Shown in pieces: positions 24,228 through 37,800 of a stretch of DNA of 64,000 bases (positions within the stretch are counted from its first letter, which is position 1; each line of letters starts with the position of its first letter). The translations under genes and the position numbers were made by a program. The notes beneath the pieces are model-generated. The model worked only from the letters and a program-made list of their open reading frames with translations, did no database searches and was not told the DNA's origin. Source of the DNA: Phoronis australis (Eukaryota; Animalia; Phoronida); NCBI GenBank assembly GCA_002633005.1, contig NMRA01000590.1:1-64000 (forward strand). Reading direction: 5' to 3'.

Positions 24228-24709
24228 TCATTTGTCCGTGACGGTAGTATCGTCAGTCAGTATTTTGCCTGTGTCATCTGTCAATTCGCCTGCGATAGCA
24301 TCTTCGTTCGGTCTTTCGTCCTTATCTTCTGACAACTTGGATACCGTTGAAACACTAATTTGTGATTGTTGTTTTCTCTGTATCTCCTTTTCGTCTGTCA
24401 TTTCGTCTTCTTTCCCTTGAGGCTTTGGTTCTCCGATATGTCTACCATCTAAGTTCTCCACATGCGTCTCACGAGGATCGCCATTAGTTGCCAAATTATC
24501 CTTAGCAAAGACTTCAACTTCTTTGTTGCCTTTTTTGTTATCATTCGTCACCAACGATTCATCTTCCACAAGATTGTTACATTTCTTAAGACGCCACAGA
24601 AGAAGCGCGCTTATAATCGACGATACCACCAATAAGACACTGACAACAACTGCCACGACTGTGTTATCTTTGGTAACTTTGCCTGTTGGATCATTGGGTA
24701 GGTCTCTAT
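24228..24709 (-). CDS. Multi-FN3 single-pass receptor, last exon (stalk, TM helix, ~120-aa acidic cytoplasmic tail)
   Basis: Acceptor cttcaccag, phase 1; TM VVAVVVSVLLVVSSIISALLLW followed by RLKK; TGA at 24228-24230; no PTP or kinase motifs. Confidence 0.8.
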
Positions 24710-25752
24710 CTGGTGAAGTTATGGAAAATAAGCAGTTATATTATATTGAGTATTTGCCATTATATATCAGTCAGTTTAGTCTCATACAACAACAAAATGC
24801 AAACATGTCTTGCATCAACAACGTAGAAAATAAATCTGAAACTAAATAAGGCGATCCAGATCCTCCTAAGGATACTATTGTTTCACGAAATGTAGAATAT
24901 AAATAGGTAAATACAACAACAAGAATGGATCAACTTATTTCGGATGTAATAACTTCCTTTGTCAACAGAAACAGAAATAAAGTAAAATCAAACACTATAT
25001 TACAATTGACATATAAAATATGCTGTAATTAACATGATACATTTTTGCGTAAAAAATTCAATGACATATTTTAAGAAGTTTTTATGTTGAATCCATGAGG
25101 TTCTATTGTATTGAGCTTGTCTATCCAATATTGTTCTCTTTTGAGAGCAACAAATGCAATTATGTACATATAACTAATTTCATGCTGAGTTTACAAATAT
25201 TAAAGTGACCGAAGAAGACGCGGTGCCTGAATTAAGAAAACTAAATGTCTAACCAGAAAGACACCACACGCCTGAACTGAAAACACTCCATGCCCGGACC
25301 GAGAAAATGAAGCAAACTTTGAACAAACATTTTTTCGTGACTAAACCGATCACAGTGTCAAGGCATCATGGCTGAACTGATTAATTAAAATATGCAATGA
25401 AACAATTTTGTGCGCGTGTGACCGAAGAAGACAACGGGGATGAATTGAGTGTGAACAAAAATTGATTCTTATGCAACCTAAGACAACACCAGGAATATGA
25501 GTAAAAAAGAATACATTGGCCTGTGACTTAAATTGAGAAAGTAAAATGTGTATGTAAACGAATTGCTTTATCTTTTCTTAGTGCATTCATATTAAGCGAT
25601 CTAGCGATTTTCTTTCTTCTCACCACAACATGGTTTAAGAAGTATCATCGGAGAAAATAGCATCAGTAAATATGCATGGCGTTTGCCTGTAAAAACACTA
25701 TGCTAAGAGTTGAGGTATTGAAGGTACCCGCATCAAATTATATACACCATAC

Positions 25753-26037
25753 CTGTTACAATGTGCACACTGATTGCTTGGCTGTCAATCTGGCCCTCGT
25801 TGTAGGAAATTCTGCTCTTTAGGGTCAGTGTGACCACCGTGCCTGAAGGAACACCTCTGACGATCAAATACCTTTCTTTTGAAGACACCACCACTGGTGC
25901 AGACGGGGTAACATTCTGTAACCTTGGCCAGTAAACAAGAACAAATTCGGATACACTTCCAGTTTTCGGGGGTTCCCACGTCACGACTATTGATGAACCA
26001 TTCATGAAGGCGCTGACATTTCGAGGTGGATTAGGAG
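25753..26037 (-). CDS. FN3 receptor exon, FN3 domain 9 of 9 seen (membrane-proximal)
   Basis: ctag|CT...ACAG|gtatg; 285 bp, phase 1-1; PNPPRNV...IVVTWEPP...GVPSGTVVTLTL. Confidence 0.9.
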
Positions 26038-26656
26038 CTAGACACGATAAATTGTACATATACATGCAATTCTCGTAAGTACGCGTTTTTCCAAATTAAC
26101 AGAACAATGGAAAAATCGCATCTTGTTACACGTGGAAAACCAGTAAGCAGACTAAGAAACATCCTATGAATCCCTGATTTGTAGCAACCAACACGTGGCA
26201 AAGGAAAGTGGGATAATAATCCAACTTGCTTCCAACCTCACAAAAGGTCCAAATCTTCAGTTCAGTATGATTACAATATTAAAACATTAGAACTAGCTTC
26301 AAACAGGTCACAGAACGGTCGCGCGATAGGTGTCTGATGTACCTGACTGTGAGGCTGCTGAAGCTCAAAAAGAACCTAGACCGTGTTGGTTGTACAATGT
26401 AGCTTATCAACAAATTTCCCGTAGACTACATATTTGCAACAAAATAGTGCTCTACAACCCTCATCGACTGTTGTATGTGGAAATGTGTGAATTATTCGAA
26501 AAGTCGCTTTCAATGCCAAACGAGTCAAATATCCGTGCAAGAAAGAAACTGAACTTCGCTTTTGCCCTTGGGGCAAGTCTTGATAGAAGTTGGTTAACCG
26601 AAAGTCTCATTGACAGGCTAAACAGTAGTATATCGGAGGTTAGGAACTGCAGTTAC

Positions 26657-26914
26657 CTGTAGCGAACGTAATAATTTTTTTTGCCTCAGTCCGCTCTTCC
26701 AGTTTTGTTCTAATGGTGATATTGTAAACTGTGCCAGGTTCAAGACCTGTGAGTGTAGTGTTCATATTGGTAACATCTTGATTAGCTGTAGTTGTAGCTT
26801 TTCCGTTCGAGTATTCGATGACGTACCCATCATGAACAGCGTTGGGGTCACTCCACGTCACTGTTACGGTTGTTTCATTCACAAATAACGTGACGTTACG
26901 TACAGGGGCAAGCA
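26657..26914 (-). CDS. FN3 receptor exon, FN3 domain 8
   Basis: tttcag|TG...ACAG|gtaac; 258 bp, phase 1-1; VTVTWSDP...GYVIEY...LTGLEPGTVYNITI. Confidence 0.92.
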
Positions 26915-27540
26915 CTGAAATTATTTATCCACCTTTCATTTAGGTTAGAATCAAGCACTCATTTTAAATGATATCACGCTTTTAATTATCATAGGAATCA
27001 AATGGTAACCAGTAAATTCAGATTTAAAGGAAAAATTTAAAAAAATTACGAGTTCATGTCCAGTGACCAGGTAATTACCTTTTGATAGTGTAACTCACCC
27101 TGGTGACAGCGCTTTAAATCAACTTCGTGATTTATATATTTTGCAGTTGAATCAAAAGAAAAGTTTCATCATATTTACTAGGATCTGTTTCACTAAAGTT
27201 GAGTTATGATTTTTCAGAGATCTGGTCATATCCTGTACGCAACCAAAAGTGAAAAAGTATTGAGTAATTAAATCTCACTTTACCAAATCGCTGCTACAAT
27301 TGGAAATAATTTGTAGACTGGGATGTACAAATAGCTACTTGGTTCAGTTCTTGAACTTGGAGGGAAGGACTAATTTCTGTGTTAGAATCAATATTGATTA
27401 CTTAACTAGTACCGTAAGTTCCATTTACGTTGCCCAAAATGTGTGCCCATGTACTTTTAAAACCATGGGGTCAAACATGTTAACATGTACTTTTGATGTT
27501 TACATGTACTTTTAGATGATGTTTATCTCTTTATCTCTTT

Positions 27541-28117
27541 TGTTCCGGGGATTAGATAAGATCATCTCGTTTTTGTTAGCCATTCATTGAGTAAGAGTAT
27601 TATCCTAACTTTGGCAGAACACTGGGAGCAATTAGCTGAGGTTTAGTTGTTGAAGCTATAGAACTTGCTTCAGAGTGCTTAAAAATAGTACAGCAGAGCC
27701 ATCTCACAAAAGAATCTAATGTGGATTTTTGCAAGGTTAACTAACGCAAAGTTGAGAAATTGCCCGTCACTTGTATTGTGGATGGTAAGAAACTGCCTAT
27801 ACGTGTTGTGTCACGAGTGACTGCAGCCAGCAATAGGAACTGTGGTTAGCCAATTACTGCCTACAGGTGTCGTTGGGTCACGAAGGACTGTGACAGACGT
27901 ACAGCAGTGTATCGAGGGTAGAGCGATATTACAGACGTGCGTCATGGAGGACTGTGACCACCAATAACGTTGTTGAAGTACAGTGTGTGTGTACGAGGAT
28001 CCACCAATAGGACAATCTTCCAACGAGTGTCGAGTCCTAAAGGTTGGAAACGTCGTTTGACTGTTTATGGTTAAATGACTTGAAGTTATCCTTATACAGG
28101 GTGCCAGCGTAGTTACA
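27541..28117 (-). mobile_element. Possible solo LTR in an intron
   Basis: Reads TGTAAC...CCCCGGAACA on the minus strand; flanks cttt/cttc give a near 4-bp TSD. Confidence 0.35.
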
Positions 28118-28940
28118 CTTCATTGTTAGTGTACTTCATTAAAAACATTAATTAATGGTTTTTAAATAATGAATTAACTACTGAATTTTATCATTCTCTC
28201 TACATCCATGCACAGTCACAAAGAATAGCTCTCTTTTAAACTAAACCCAAAGTCAACTTCTGACAGTTAGTTCGATTTTAAAATTCTTAGATCGTTTTTA
28301 CGTAACAATAATCAGGATACTTTATTAAAATGGGCAACAAAAAGGATTATTTGCTTTCATCACAAAAGAAAATCAGTTCCATGAATGTTGGCGAGATTGG
28401 TCAACCATTTCCGAAACTGGATCGCTTCAATTTGTCTTGAAAAACATGTTTGGGACCTTATTCTCGAGTTACATCGAATGCTATCGGTGTTTCTACAAAA
28501 GAAAAACAATGGAATCATTTATTAAACCAAAACGAAAACTCCAATACGACATTAGACTACTAAAGGAAATTGAAAATCAGTCTTATTTCATGACTTACTT
28601 TTCTGATCGTGGTAAAATATGGAGTGCTACATGTACATGTACAATGTATATAGCTGCGTCAAAAATGATCATCCTCAAAGTAACTACAACTAAAATGAAA
28701 CTGTTCGTTAAACCAAAATAACACCCATGATCTCCATTCCGACTATACGTACAGTAAAGCAACAGAAAACAAAACGAGTAACATTTCCTTAGTTAACGTT
28801 GGAAATCAACAATCTTAAACTTAATTTAGGCTAGTAGGTTCAATCAAAGTGCCTTATCGCAATTTCAATAAAAAATTATAATGTTGGAACTTGTGTCATT
28901 CAGCCCAATAATAACATGGATTTGACTGCACGCTACATGC

Positions 28941-29198
28941 ATGTTCGATGAATTTGGGTTTCGCTCACTACGGATTCAAAGCCTTCCTTGTAAGTTGTGA
29001 CGTCGACTGTGTACTTCCTTCCTGACTCGAGACCGGCGCATGTGCCTCGACCTTGTGCGACCTTGGCAGATGAGCCACGTCCACCAGACATACGGCAGCG
29101 TAAAATGTAGTAATCTTTACTTCCTACGTCGGCCCAAGTTATTGTCAAATGACTTGACGTTCGCTCAGTAGCACGTAAGTTCTTGGCTCGAACCAGAG
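28941..29198 (-). CDS. FN3 receptor exon, FN3 domain 7 (probable GC donor)
   Basis: catag|CT...ACAT|gcatgt; 258 bp, phase 1-1; LTITWADV...YYILRC...TCAGLESGRKYTVDVTT. Confidence 0.85.
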
Positions 29199-29597
29199 CT
29201 ATGATTGATTAATAAACAACACCGCAAATGAAAGTTTCCAATGCACATAGATTCAGCCTAAGTGAATACCGGTCTAACTAAAACGTGTTAGTGCATGCAC
29301 ACACCCAACCTAAAAATGGGAGGCTCGAAGATTCACGGGATACGTTCTGAGCTACGCATTCGCCGAATTATGGTAGCTCCTGCCTTTTTAGCGAACTTTT
29401 GTCTCGTTTTCTGTTTTTTTCCTGAGATTTTGTATCTCCGAGGCAGATCTTTTGTCCACTTCGCCAAATGAGGTGGCAGGTCGTGCCCCCTGAGCCCCCA
29501 TGGATGCGCGCATGAAGTCATCCAATATAAACTTCTCACCTCTTTTTAAAAACATAAATTAGTGTAGACTACTTATCGCAAGACACGGTCAACTCAC

Positions 29598-29858
29598 TTG
29601 TTTTAGCATGAAGCGGTGAAGAAACTGAACACTCCGGTCCATTGATGCATGTTGAAATAGTCACGTTGTAATCACTTCCAGGTGTAAGATGAGTACACGC
29701 AATTTTCGTCCTTGAAGTGGTGTTGACGGACCATGTACTATCACCGTGCGTGCAGTTCAACAAGTAGAACTCGAAGAAGCCATCCACAGCTCCCCAAGAT
29801 ACTAGGATATTCGATTCATTCGTTGAAACTATCGTAGCATTCCCGACGACAGCAAACC
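29598..29858 (-). CDS. FN3 receptor exon, FN3 domain 6
   Basis: caaag|GG...ACAA|gtgag; 261 bp, phase 1-1; ILVSWGAV...FYLLNC...CTHLTPGSDYNVTI. Confidence 0.9.
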
Positions 29859-31664
29859 CTTTGAATGCGAGATGAACGGATGAAAAGTAAGCGCGCGCTT
29901 TTTGAACACAATGAGTGCCCCCTACCGTTACTAACGTAAAACTAAGCGTAAGGTAACTGACCCAAACTGCCTTTTGTTGAAGCTGCTTTGTTAGCTGTCA
30001 TGCAAAAGAAAATAGAATTGCGCGTGTCACTCTAACAAGCTGCAACGTGAAACGTTGATATACGTCCACAAAACACCTCAAAACGACATGTTTGCGTACA
30101 TTGTAGTTATCAGTTTTTCATGTGTGTAAGGAGCAAGGGTACACAAGAGGTATTTGCAATTGTCAGCACTGACAAAAAGTTTGTTCAACATTTGGAACAC
30201 AGAAATATAACATGCCACAAAGGTATACAACACTATGCATCCAAAAAGTTAACCAGGTCAAGACTACTACAGGCTTGGCTTATGCCGTAGGAATAGAGGC
30301 TCAAAGTGACAAAACGGGCATACCCGTTGTTGGAAAATGGTCAATACCGGTAGCTGTTATAATCACCGAAATAGATCGGCCAGTACAGTGTGCTGCAGTA
30401 CACAGGTCCTTCAAAATTTGACTCGCTCTGGCGCGTTGCCGTCACATAACTCTGTGTCGCTTATTTACATCTGAAAACGGTCATCATCCCAAAAATGATA
30501 ACGATCGAAACGTAAAGCACTTAAATGCGTCCAAAACTGCACTGTGATCGGGATTCTTCTAATTTATTTATTAAAATATAAATGTTTGCTGGGTTGCACA
30601 CAAGAAGGCCTCGTCGTCCACACAGCAAATTGCAAAATTTCATAAAAATCCGGCCAGAAAATTATGAAGAAACAGGCAAACGAGTAAAACCCAAGTGATT
30701 TATTGACATCAGTCGATTGTTTCTCTAGATTTCACTCGGTGACGCACTTCCTCCCAAATCACAGGGTGAAAAAATCCCATGTCGGGACCCTAGTGACTAC
30801 TACAAGGGTACTACAGTGGTCAACTTTTCTCAAACCTCAACTGGTGCCGGTTCATTTTTGTTACATATACATGTATGTCATCCCAAATCCGTTTTCCCTC
30901 AAAACAGACACGACTGATTGAAAAGTGGCAAGAGCCGATCTCGTGATGCCCTCCACAGTTGTGAAAAATTTTGTCGACAATATTCAGCAGGCGCCATGAT
31001 GCACCGATGCTCGGACAGGATGATCACAGTATGCAACTTTATCTCATTATGCCTGGATACATAACAAAAAGTGAAAAAACACTGTCTGGTTTATTGAACT
31101 TGATTAACTCTAATATTGCACGATGCGGTGAAGAAACCGCGCACTTGGGCCTGTGGTCGAGAATTCTACACTGGCAGCTTAACACTGACAAAGAGCAATT
31201 TTAAATCTCGTGATTTTTTTAAAACGTTGCTCAACTCTAAATATTGCCCTCTTTTACAGACCTCAATATGCAAGTAACATGCAAGGGAAGGTGATGCCAT
31301 TGTCAAAATTATTAAATTCGTTAAGCAAAACAAAATCAGATGGACAAGTGCATTTGACGATTCGTACACGCAGGTACACTATAGACAAGAAGTAAATTAC
31401 TAAAGAAACAAGACCTCCGGATCAGCTCATTGTTTGGTGCAACTTGTCGTCTGTAAAAGATGTCACTTGGCTAACAAGAAAGAGCACTCATTTAAGGCAC
31501 GTTGCTAGTCACCAGTTGTTTGATTTAATGGCATTCTTCCATCAAATATTTAACTTCTCAAATCACATTGGCGCTTTACAAGTAAATCGATATTTCTTGT
31601 TAAATAATATTTTGGCCTTGGTGTACAGTTAACGTCACGAAAATAAACTACATAATTACTGTAC

Positions 31665-31916
31665 CTGCTCGAATTTTGATGGGTGTAGTAGTTCTACTAG
31701 CAAATCCCGTCTGAGTCGTCGTGACTGTTACGTCATACCTTCTTCCTGGAGTGAGACCCGCGCAAGTGCCGTGTTCCTTTTTGGTTGATTTTGATATTTC
31801 CCAAGAGCCACGAAAACACCTAAGTACAAATCCACCGGCTTTGCCTTTGGGGGCCCACCAGATTTGTATCTGATTGGGCGACACTTTGCTATGTATGATG
31901 TCCACAAGACCCAGAT
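31665..31916 (-). CDS. FN3 receptor exon, FN3 domain 5
   Basis: tttcag|AT...GCAG|gtaca; 252 bp, phase 1-1; IQIWWAP...FVLRC...TCAGLTPGRRYDVTVTT. Confidence 0.9.
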
Positions 31917-34879
31917 CTGAAACGGAATTAAATTTACGTAATATAAGTGTATTTAACCCACTGTTTATAATTTTCCTCCAATTTTAGTGGGATTTGTTGT
32001 AAAAAGCATTGAACATAATTACATGCATCAGTGTCAACACATAAATCCCAAGGAAAGCTGATCTATTCGGCACTAGAAGACATATTTTCGTTCGAGTAGC
32101 GTGTTTCGCGGTCCAACGTTGGTTATGGTTTATAGTTGTGCTCACTAACTACAAAACGTTTCCCTAATTACGGACCGGCTTTCGCGCTTCCTTTGAAAAG
32201 TTGAACTAAGGCACGCCGTGCGCAAGGGAAAGCAAAGTTTCGAAAACCATGAATGGCCAAGGAACAGTGACAAAAAGAAACTTTGTTTCAGTTGAAAAAT
32301 GGGCAACTAAAATGCAGCACCACGGACTCAATTTTCAAAGAAAGACCAACCGTGTGCTCCGTAAATGCGATAATCTCATGAAAAAGATGACCAAACTTTC
32401 CTCTGCAAGATTTTTACATATGAGGAACGCAATCCAGGACCAGGCAACTATGATTTTGGCCCAGTCGGGGGACTTGCTCTTTATTGTTTGCGACTATGAT
32501 CACACTTGCAGTAAATGGTTCCTTTTGCCATGTATTTGCCTTTGGCTTGCAATTGTTCATCATTATAGTTCGATCTGTTAATGAGTTACCGGAAGCTGAT
32601 GTAAATACTAAGAGAATTTTTTTTTTCAAAATTATATCAGTAAAATTTAGCTTTGATACGTAACGGTTTTACACCCGTGTACCGGTGTTTAGACTATTCC
32701 TTGAAGTTTTTTGACGTTACGGATTTGGATGACATCCGAGGTCGGCGAAGCATAAGTTGTGCGAAATTTCAAAGACCCAGTTGTTTAAGAATTATCAGTG
32801 TTTTAAAACGTCAGAAAGGAGAATCGAAAACAACTTCCACGCGAAAATTAAGTTCCGTTTACCACACCATGCCTGGCAGGCATTCGTTCCGTAGACGCGT
32901 GAACAACGCCAAAACGAACAATCACACATAACTTCGAAAGATGACGCCATGTGTTTTAATAGAAGCACGTCACCACACTACCTTCCTTCTCGATATTCGA
33001 GCACTTAAGTAAGAAACTCATCATAGCTTATACAGTTATTGTTCTGTAAATGGCGAATCAACACCAGTTTTCAAAAATACCAAGTCGAGATATAGACCAG
33101 AACTTGATTACGCTTTTGGGCGTATTTAGCCGCCTCAAATTTGTTTCATCTTCGTTTGAATCAGTTGCAAATATTTTGCATGCACGTGCAATCTCATTTA
33201 AACGTGCTTTGATTGGTGTCATGATACGCCTACAAGTTAACAATATTGTAAAATGTAACAGTTGTTACATTTTACGTTGCCAAACCTCTCGTCAAATGAA
33301 AGACGTTGTTACATTTTGTATAATAATTACAATGAATTCACATGCGCGAAATGTTCCGTTGTTACACCAAATAGACCGACATCATATTTCACGAGTTTGC
33401 ATGGTATTCTTTAACCAGAGTAAAACGGTTCACGCAATAAATGGCTTCTATTTCGGATTGTTTGAATGAGATTCTGTCAAATGTTCCAATTCGAATTGAT
33501 AGACGTTCCTTGTGTGCTTTCCAGTGTCTTTTAACACGAATTGTTTCTTCTTATCGTCAAATGTGTACCCCGAACAGTTTCAACTCCAGACGCGAAAGGA
33601 GTTTCCATGATCTGGTAATAAGTTTGTTATTGTAATAGCGTTATTGTAATCTGTTGTTGACGCTCACAGGTCATAACCGACTTGTGTATCCGACTATCCG
33701 GTATTACAGTAAACACACATCCTTTGGCAAGCACAACAGAAACAAGGACAACGTATTTCTCTGGGAAAATACAATACAGACAATTTTCTTCAAGTATAAT
33801 TCAAGTTTGAGAGAAAAATAACCCGCTTTAGTCAGCGATAATTCGACCTATTTTATCCAATAGTTTATTGCCTCGAAGTCATCGCTAACGCCCTTATATC
33901 CACACAAAAGAGCGAAATCAAAATTTCTTATGCTGCCTACCACCTTAGCTGAAAAAATATATTGACGAAGTTCCGGTCACCACTGTATGGGCCAAGTTTG
34001 TAATGAAGCACATCGTTTCAGCACACACACACAGACACATGGGGAGTCACCAAATTACATAATAGAACTAAATATGCTATAGGCGTCCTCCCGTCCAAAA
34101 TTTCTTGTCATTACAATAGTCATTTCTGTACAGCATGATAATCGATGATTTCCGTTTTGGCAACTTCTAAATTTGGTTGATGCTTCAACTTTATTTTATG
34201 TAATTGTATGTGTATTTTCGTGTAACAAAGTTTATAAATAAAATGTTTCAGACCCATCAGATTGCTAAAAAATACCGCAAATTACTTAAGATCTGTTTTG
34301 ACAAATCTAGTGACTAAACGCCATCTAATTAAAAGATTGTACAATATTGCAAACCAGTACAGATGGAAACGATCCTCTGACTGCTCGCCAGAAAATGCAT
34401 GTATCCAGAGTTCAAATTAAAGCATTTTATAATGATATTTCATCGTGGAACGATACTCAGTTCTTTGAAAAGGAATATTTTAACAGGAGATATAATAATA
34501 AAACGGTGGCCATCCTTACATTTAGATGCGTGTCGCAACTAAAAGATTACAGTCCGAATTCAGTTATTCGTGCCTAACTACTGACGGATGTAGTTACAAT
34601 GTACACCACAAACAATGCCGTGGTCCCGATATTTCAGAAATATTCAGTTGTTGAAGTCGGTACACGTCTCGAATAGCAGATTCAATTTCAATTTCCTCGT
34701 TTCAAAAAGTAGATCTAGTCTGCAATAACATATATCGAGACGTTTCCCACAATATCGTTAAGATTCTTTAATATTCTTTTTCTCAAAACAATGAAAATAT
34801 CAGCAAATGCTAAGTAATAACTATCTAACCATAGAAAAGCTACAACATTCCAACACCGGTCATGCACCCACGCACCCTT

Positions 34880-37800
34880 AATGAAAATTTATTGATCAAA
34901 TTATACATGAGCGAGTAAATTTATCATTTCATTATTTACAGAGGGCCTCCCAAAGGTGAAATTGATTTTTTTTAAACTGATGATCAGTCATCGTCTAACT
35001 TTGAAATGATGATACAAGGAATATTTTTTTTTTCAAATGTAGGCTTGCTGTGGTCCAAAGATCATTGAAATATAAAATACTGGCATAAAGTTATTACAGT
35101 GTGAACCTCTTCAAAATTAAGTCCAAAATACACGTATAAAATGCTCGTCTTAGCTAAATCTGTTGTTTGTTTAGTTATAATACTTAACAAAGCTTAAACT
35201 TTGGACCACAGCGCCTGCACAAGTAAATATTAAGCAAATGACCACAAGTTTGAACAGCATTACAGGATAAGCAAGAATAATCTGTTACAATATTTATCTG
35301 TTTCAAGAGATACTTTGTGTGAACTTTTCTATACACATAATAATATTTAAAAGTTTTAACTAGAGGAAGGAGAATAAGTCTGAATGGCAACGCGTAAATC
35401 TTTCCAATTTTCTGGCCTGAATAAATATCACTTAAGTTTTGTTCTACACCATGTTGTGAAACCGTTTTATTTAAAAAGTAATATTTAGTTGAATGTGTAT
35501 TAATCAGTCTGTATTGAAAGTCGTGCATTGAATTTGTCCATAAAGTGTTCATTCTATTAGGTAACTTAAAAGTGCCTTCATCAGAGCATATAGTAACCAA
35601 CTCGATAATATATATCTTTCTTTTAAAACTTCTCAAGGCAAAAGCTTGTTTTGAACATCTAATATATCTTTTAGACAAATCATGCCAGCCTTGTAGAACC
35701 CACTGAAAAACACAGATTTTTCGTCAAAATATTTCTATTGTTCCATATTACCCGACCAATAATATCAATTTCGCTGTGTAAGACGACGCTAACATTTCCC
35801 ATGCATTCAACAAGTCACAATAAATGTTGGTGGTATCATCCAAAGGCAACAACTTGGCCGACAAATTTGATTTAAAAAGCAATGCAAACACATACTTCCT
35901 CTAAAGAAATTTAGAAAGGATTTCCAGTATTTGTTTTCTCCTTCTACATAACGCTGAACCCATGTCACAAACAGTTATAGGTAACGTTTATATCTGGTAC
36001 TGCCAAGCCACCATCTGCACGTGTATTTACTGCCACACTTCTCCCTACTCTAGGAGTCTTATTTTGTCAAACAGAATTGGATATCAAAGGATTGATCTAT
36101 TCTCTTGGAACAGTAACAATACCCAAATCATTGATGACATCAATCAGTTCAGATCAGGTAAAAGTTTTTACAACATCTATTCTGCCCACTAAACTATTAT
36201 TGCTGCTTTTCTAAAAGGCCAAATTTTCCTTAAAAATATGAAATCATAATTTAATTGATCATTTTCCTTTTTATTGTGGCCAAAAATATCCCTGAACACT
36301 TGATTGGCCTGCCAGTTCATTTAACCCCGTGCAATTGCTCGGAACAAAGTTTTACTCATCATAATTTTTAATTTAATTTCAAATCAGACACTTGGCAAAA
36401 TTATCCAAAAATTGAAGACAATTAAATCCTGAAACTTTATCGTCTAAAACATTGTTGTGTCATCCGGATACTGAACAAGCTTTATTTCAGTATTATCAAT
36501 TTTAATTCCTGAAATGACATCACTTGATCTGATATAGTTTGCCATACCTTGAACCGCTAAGCAAAACAAGGGGCAAGAAAGTTAATCACCCTGTCGCACT
36601 CTCCGTTAGAATGAACAATGTCCGTAGTAAAGACGTTGTTAATTACGCAAGCCATCAGGCTCTTGTAAATTATTTGGAACCATTTTCTGAAAACAGAGAG
36701 CAACGTTAAAAAGCGTTCAAAATTTTTTAAAGAAAGTAGCTGGCAAGTGCATCGAATGCGTTACAAATATTTAAGAAAAGGATACTGCCTTGACACTTTG
36801 GAGTATTGGTATAGGGAATTATGTCTTGTTTAATGCTGATATTAAATCCAATATATCTTCAGTTTACTCCTGTTTGATTTCCATGTACAAACTTATCAAT
36901 AACACCATTTATTGAAGTGTATGTACCTTCGTAATAACGATGTTGTTTGCCAATTATTTAATGGCAATAGGTCAATTTCATTCTTAGATTTGAGGAGGAG
37001 GCTAATCACTCATTGCTTCCTTGATGGTGATCGGTCGCCAACCATACTTAAGACTTTCCAGTCCTGAACACGTTTTCTTCTACCTTTTCTGTTGCTAATT
37101 GACCAGCCAGGAAATTTGTTTTATTAAATTGCTCTCTAAAGCGTTGTCCATTTTTGATTTTCTGTTTGAAAATCCTATGGTAAATTCTATTATTTCATTG
37201 GTATCATTTGCCATTTTAATTGCTTGTTTTCGACACTGACATGTTCGTTCACTATTACAGTCATGTATCTTTTTTGGAGACAGTGGGCATATTCTTCATT
37301 GTCAAAAGGACCATTGTTAACTTTACTACAGAATAATCAGAGAACACAACATAATTATTTATTTTACATTGAAGTTGATCCTTTAAAACCTTGGTACCAA
37401 ACCAGATATTTATTGTATTCTGTAAATTGAAAGATTCATTATGCCACGTAAATTCCGTTTTGCCTGGATTTTGACTTATCCTGCACATATTATATTGTCG
37501 CTGTTAAATTACTTCTGTCAAGAGCAGCAGAAATGTTTTCTAAAAAGGACAATTGGACACTATTGTTGTTTTGGAAATAAACATTCAAAAAAGCCTAAGG
37601 AGGGCCATCAACCTCCGCATCGATTCCAATATAGCGCCCATTATTACTACCAAAAACTCATAAATGTAAACTTTTCTTGCGAAGAATATTCACTCCCTTA
37701 CTGGGCCATGGAATGCATATATTTCACCTCCCGACTGTTTCTTGTAAGAACGTTAAATCCACCTTTTGTTTTCGTAAAAAGGCAAACAGCTGTTGATGTT

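Noticed and set aside
25205-25490. CRISPR-like or coding repeat (gtgaccgaagaagac x2, cctgaa motifs)
   Set aside because: Only two clear copies, irregular spacing, stops in frame, eukaryotic intron context and no cas genes
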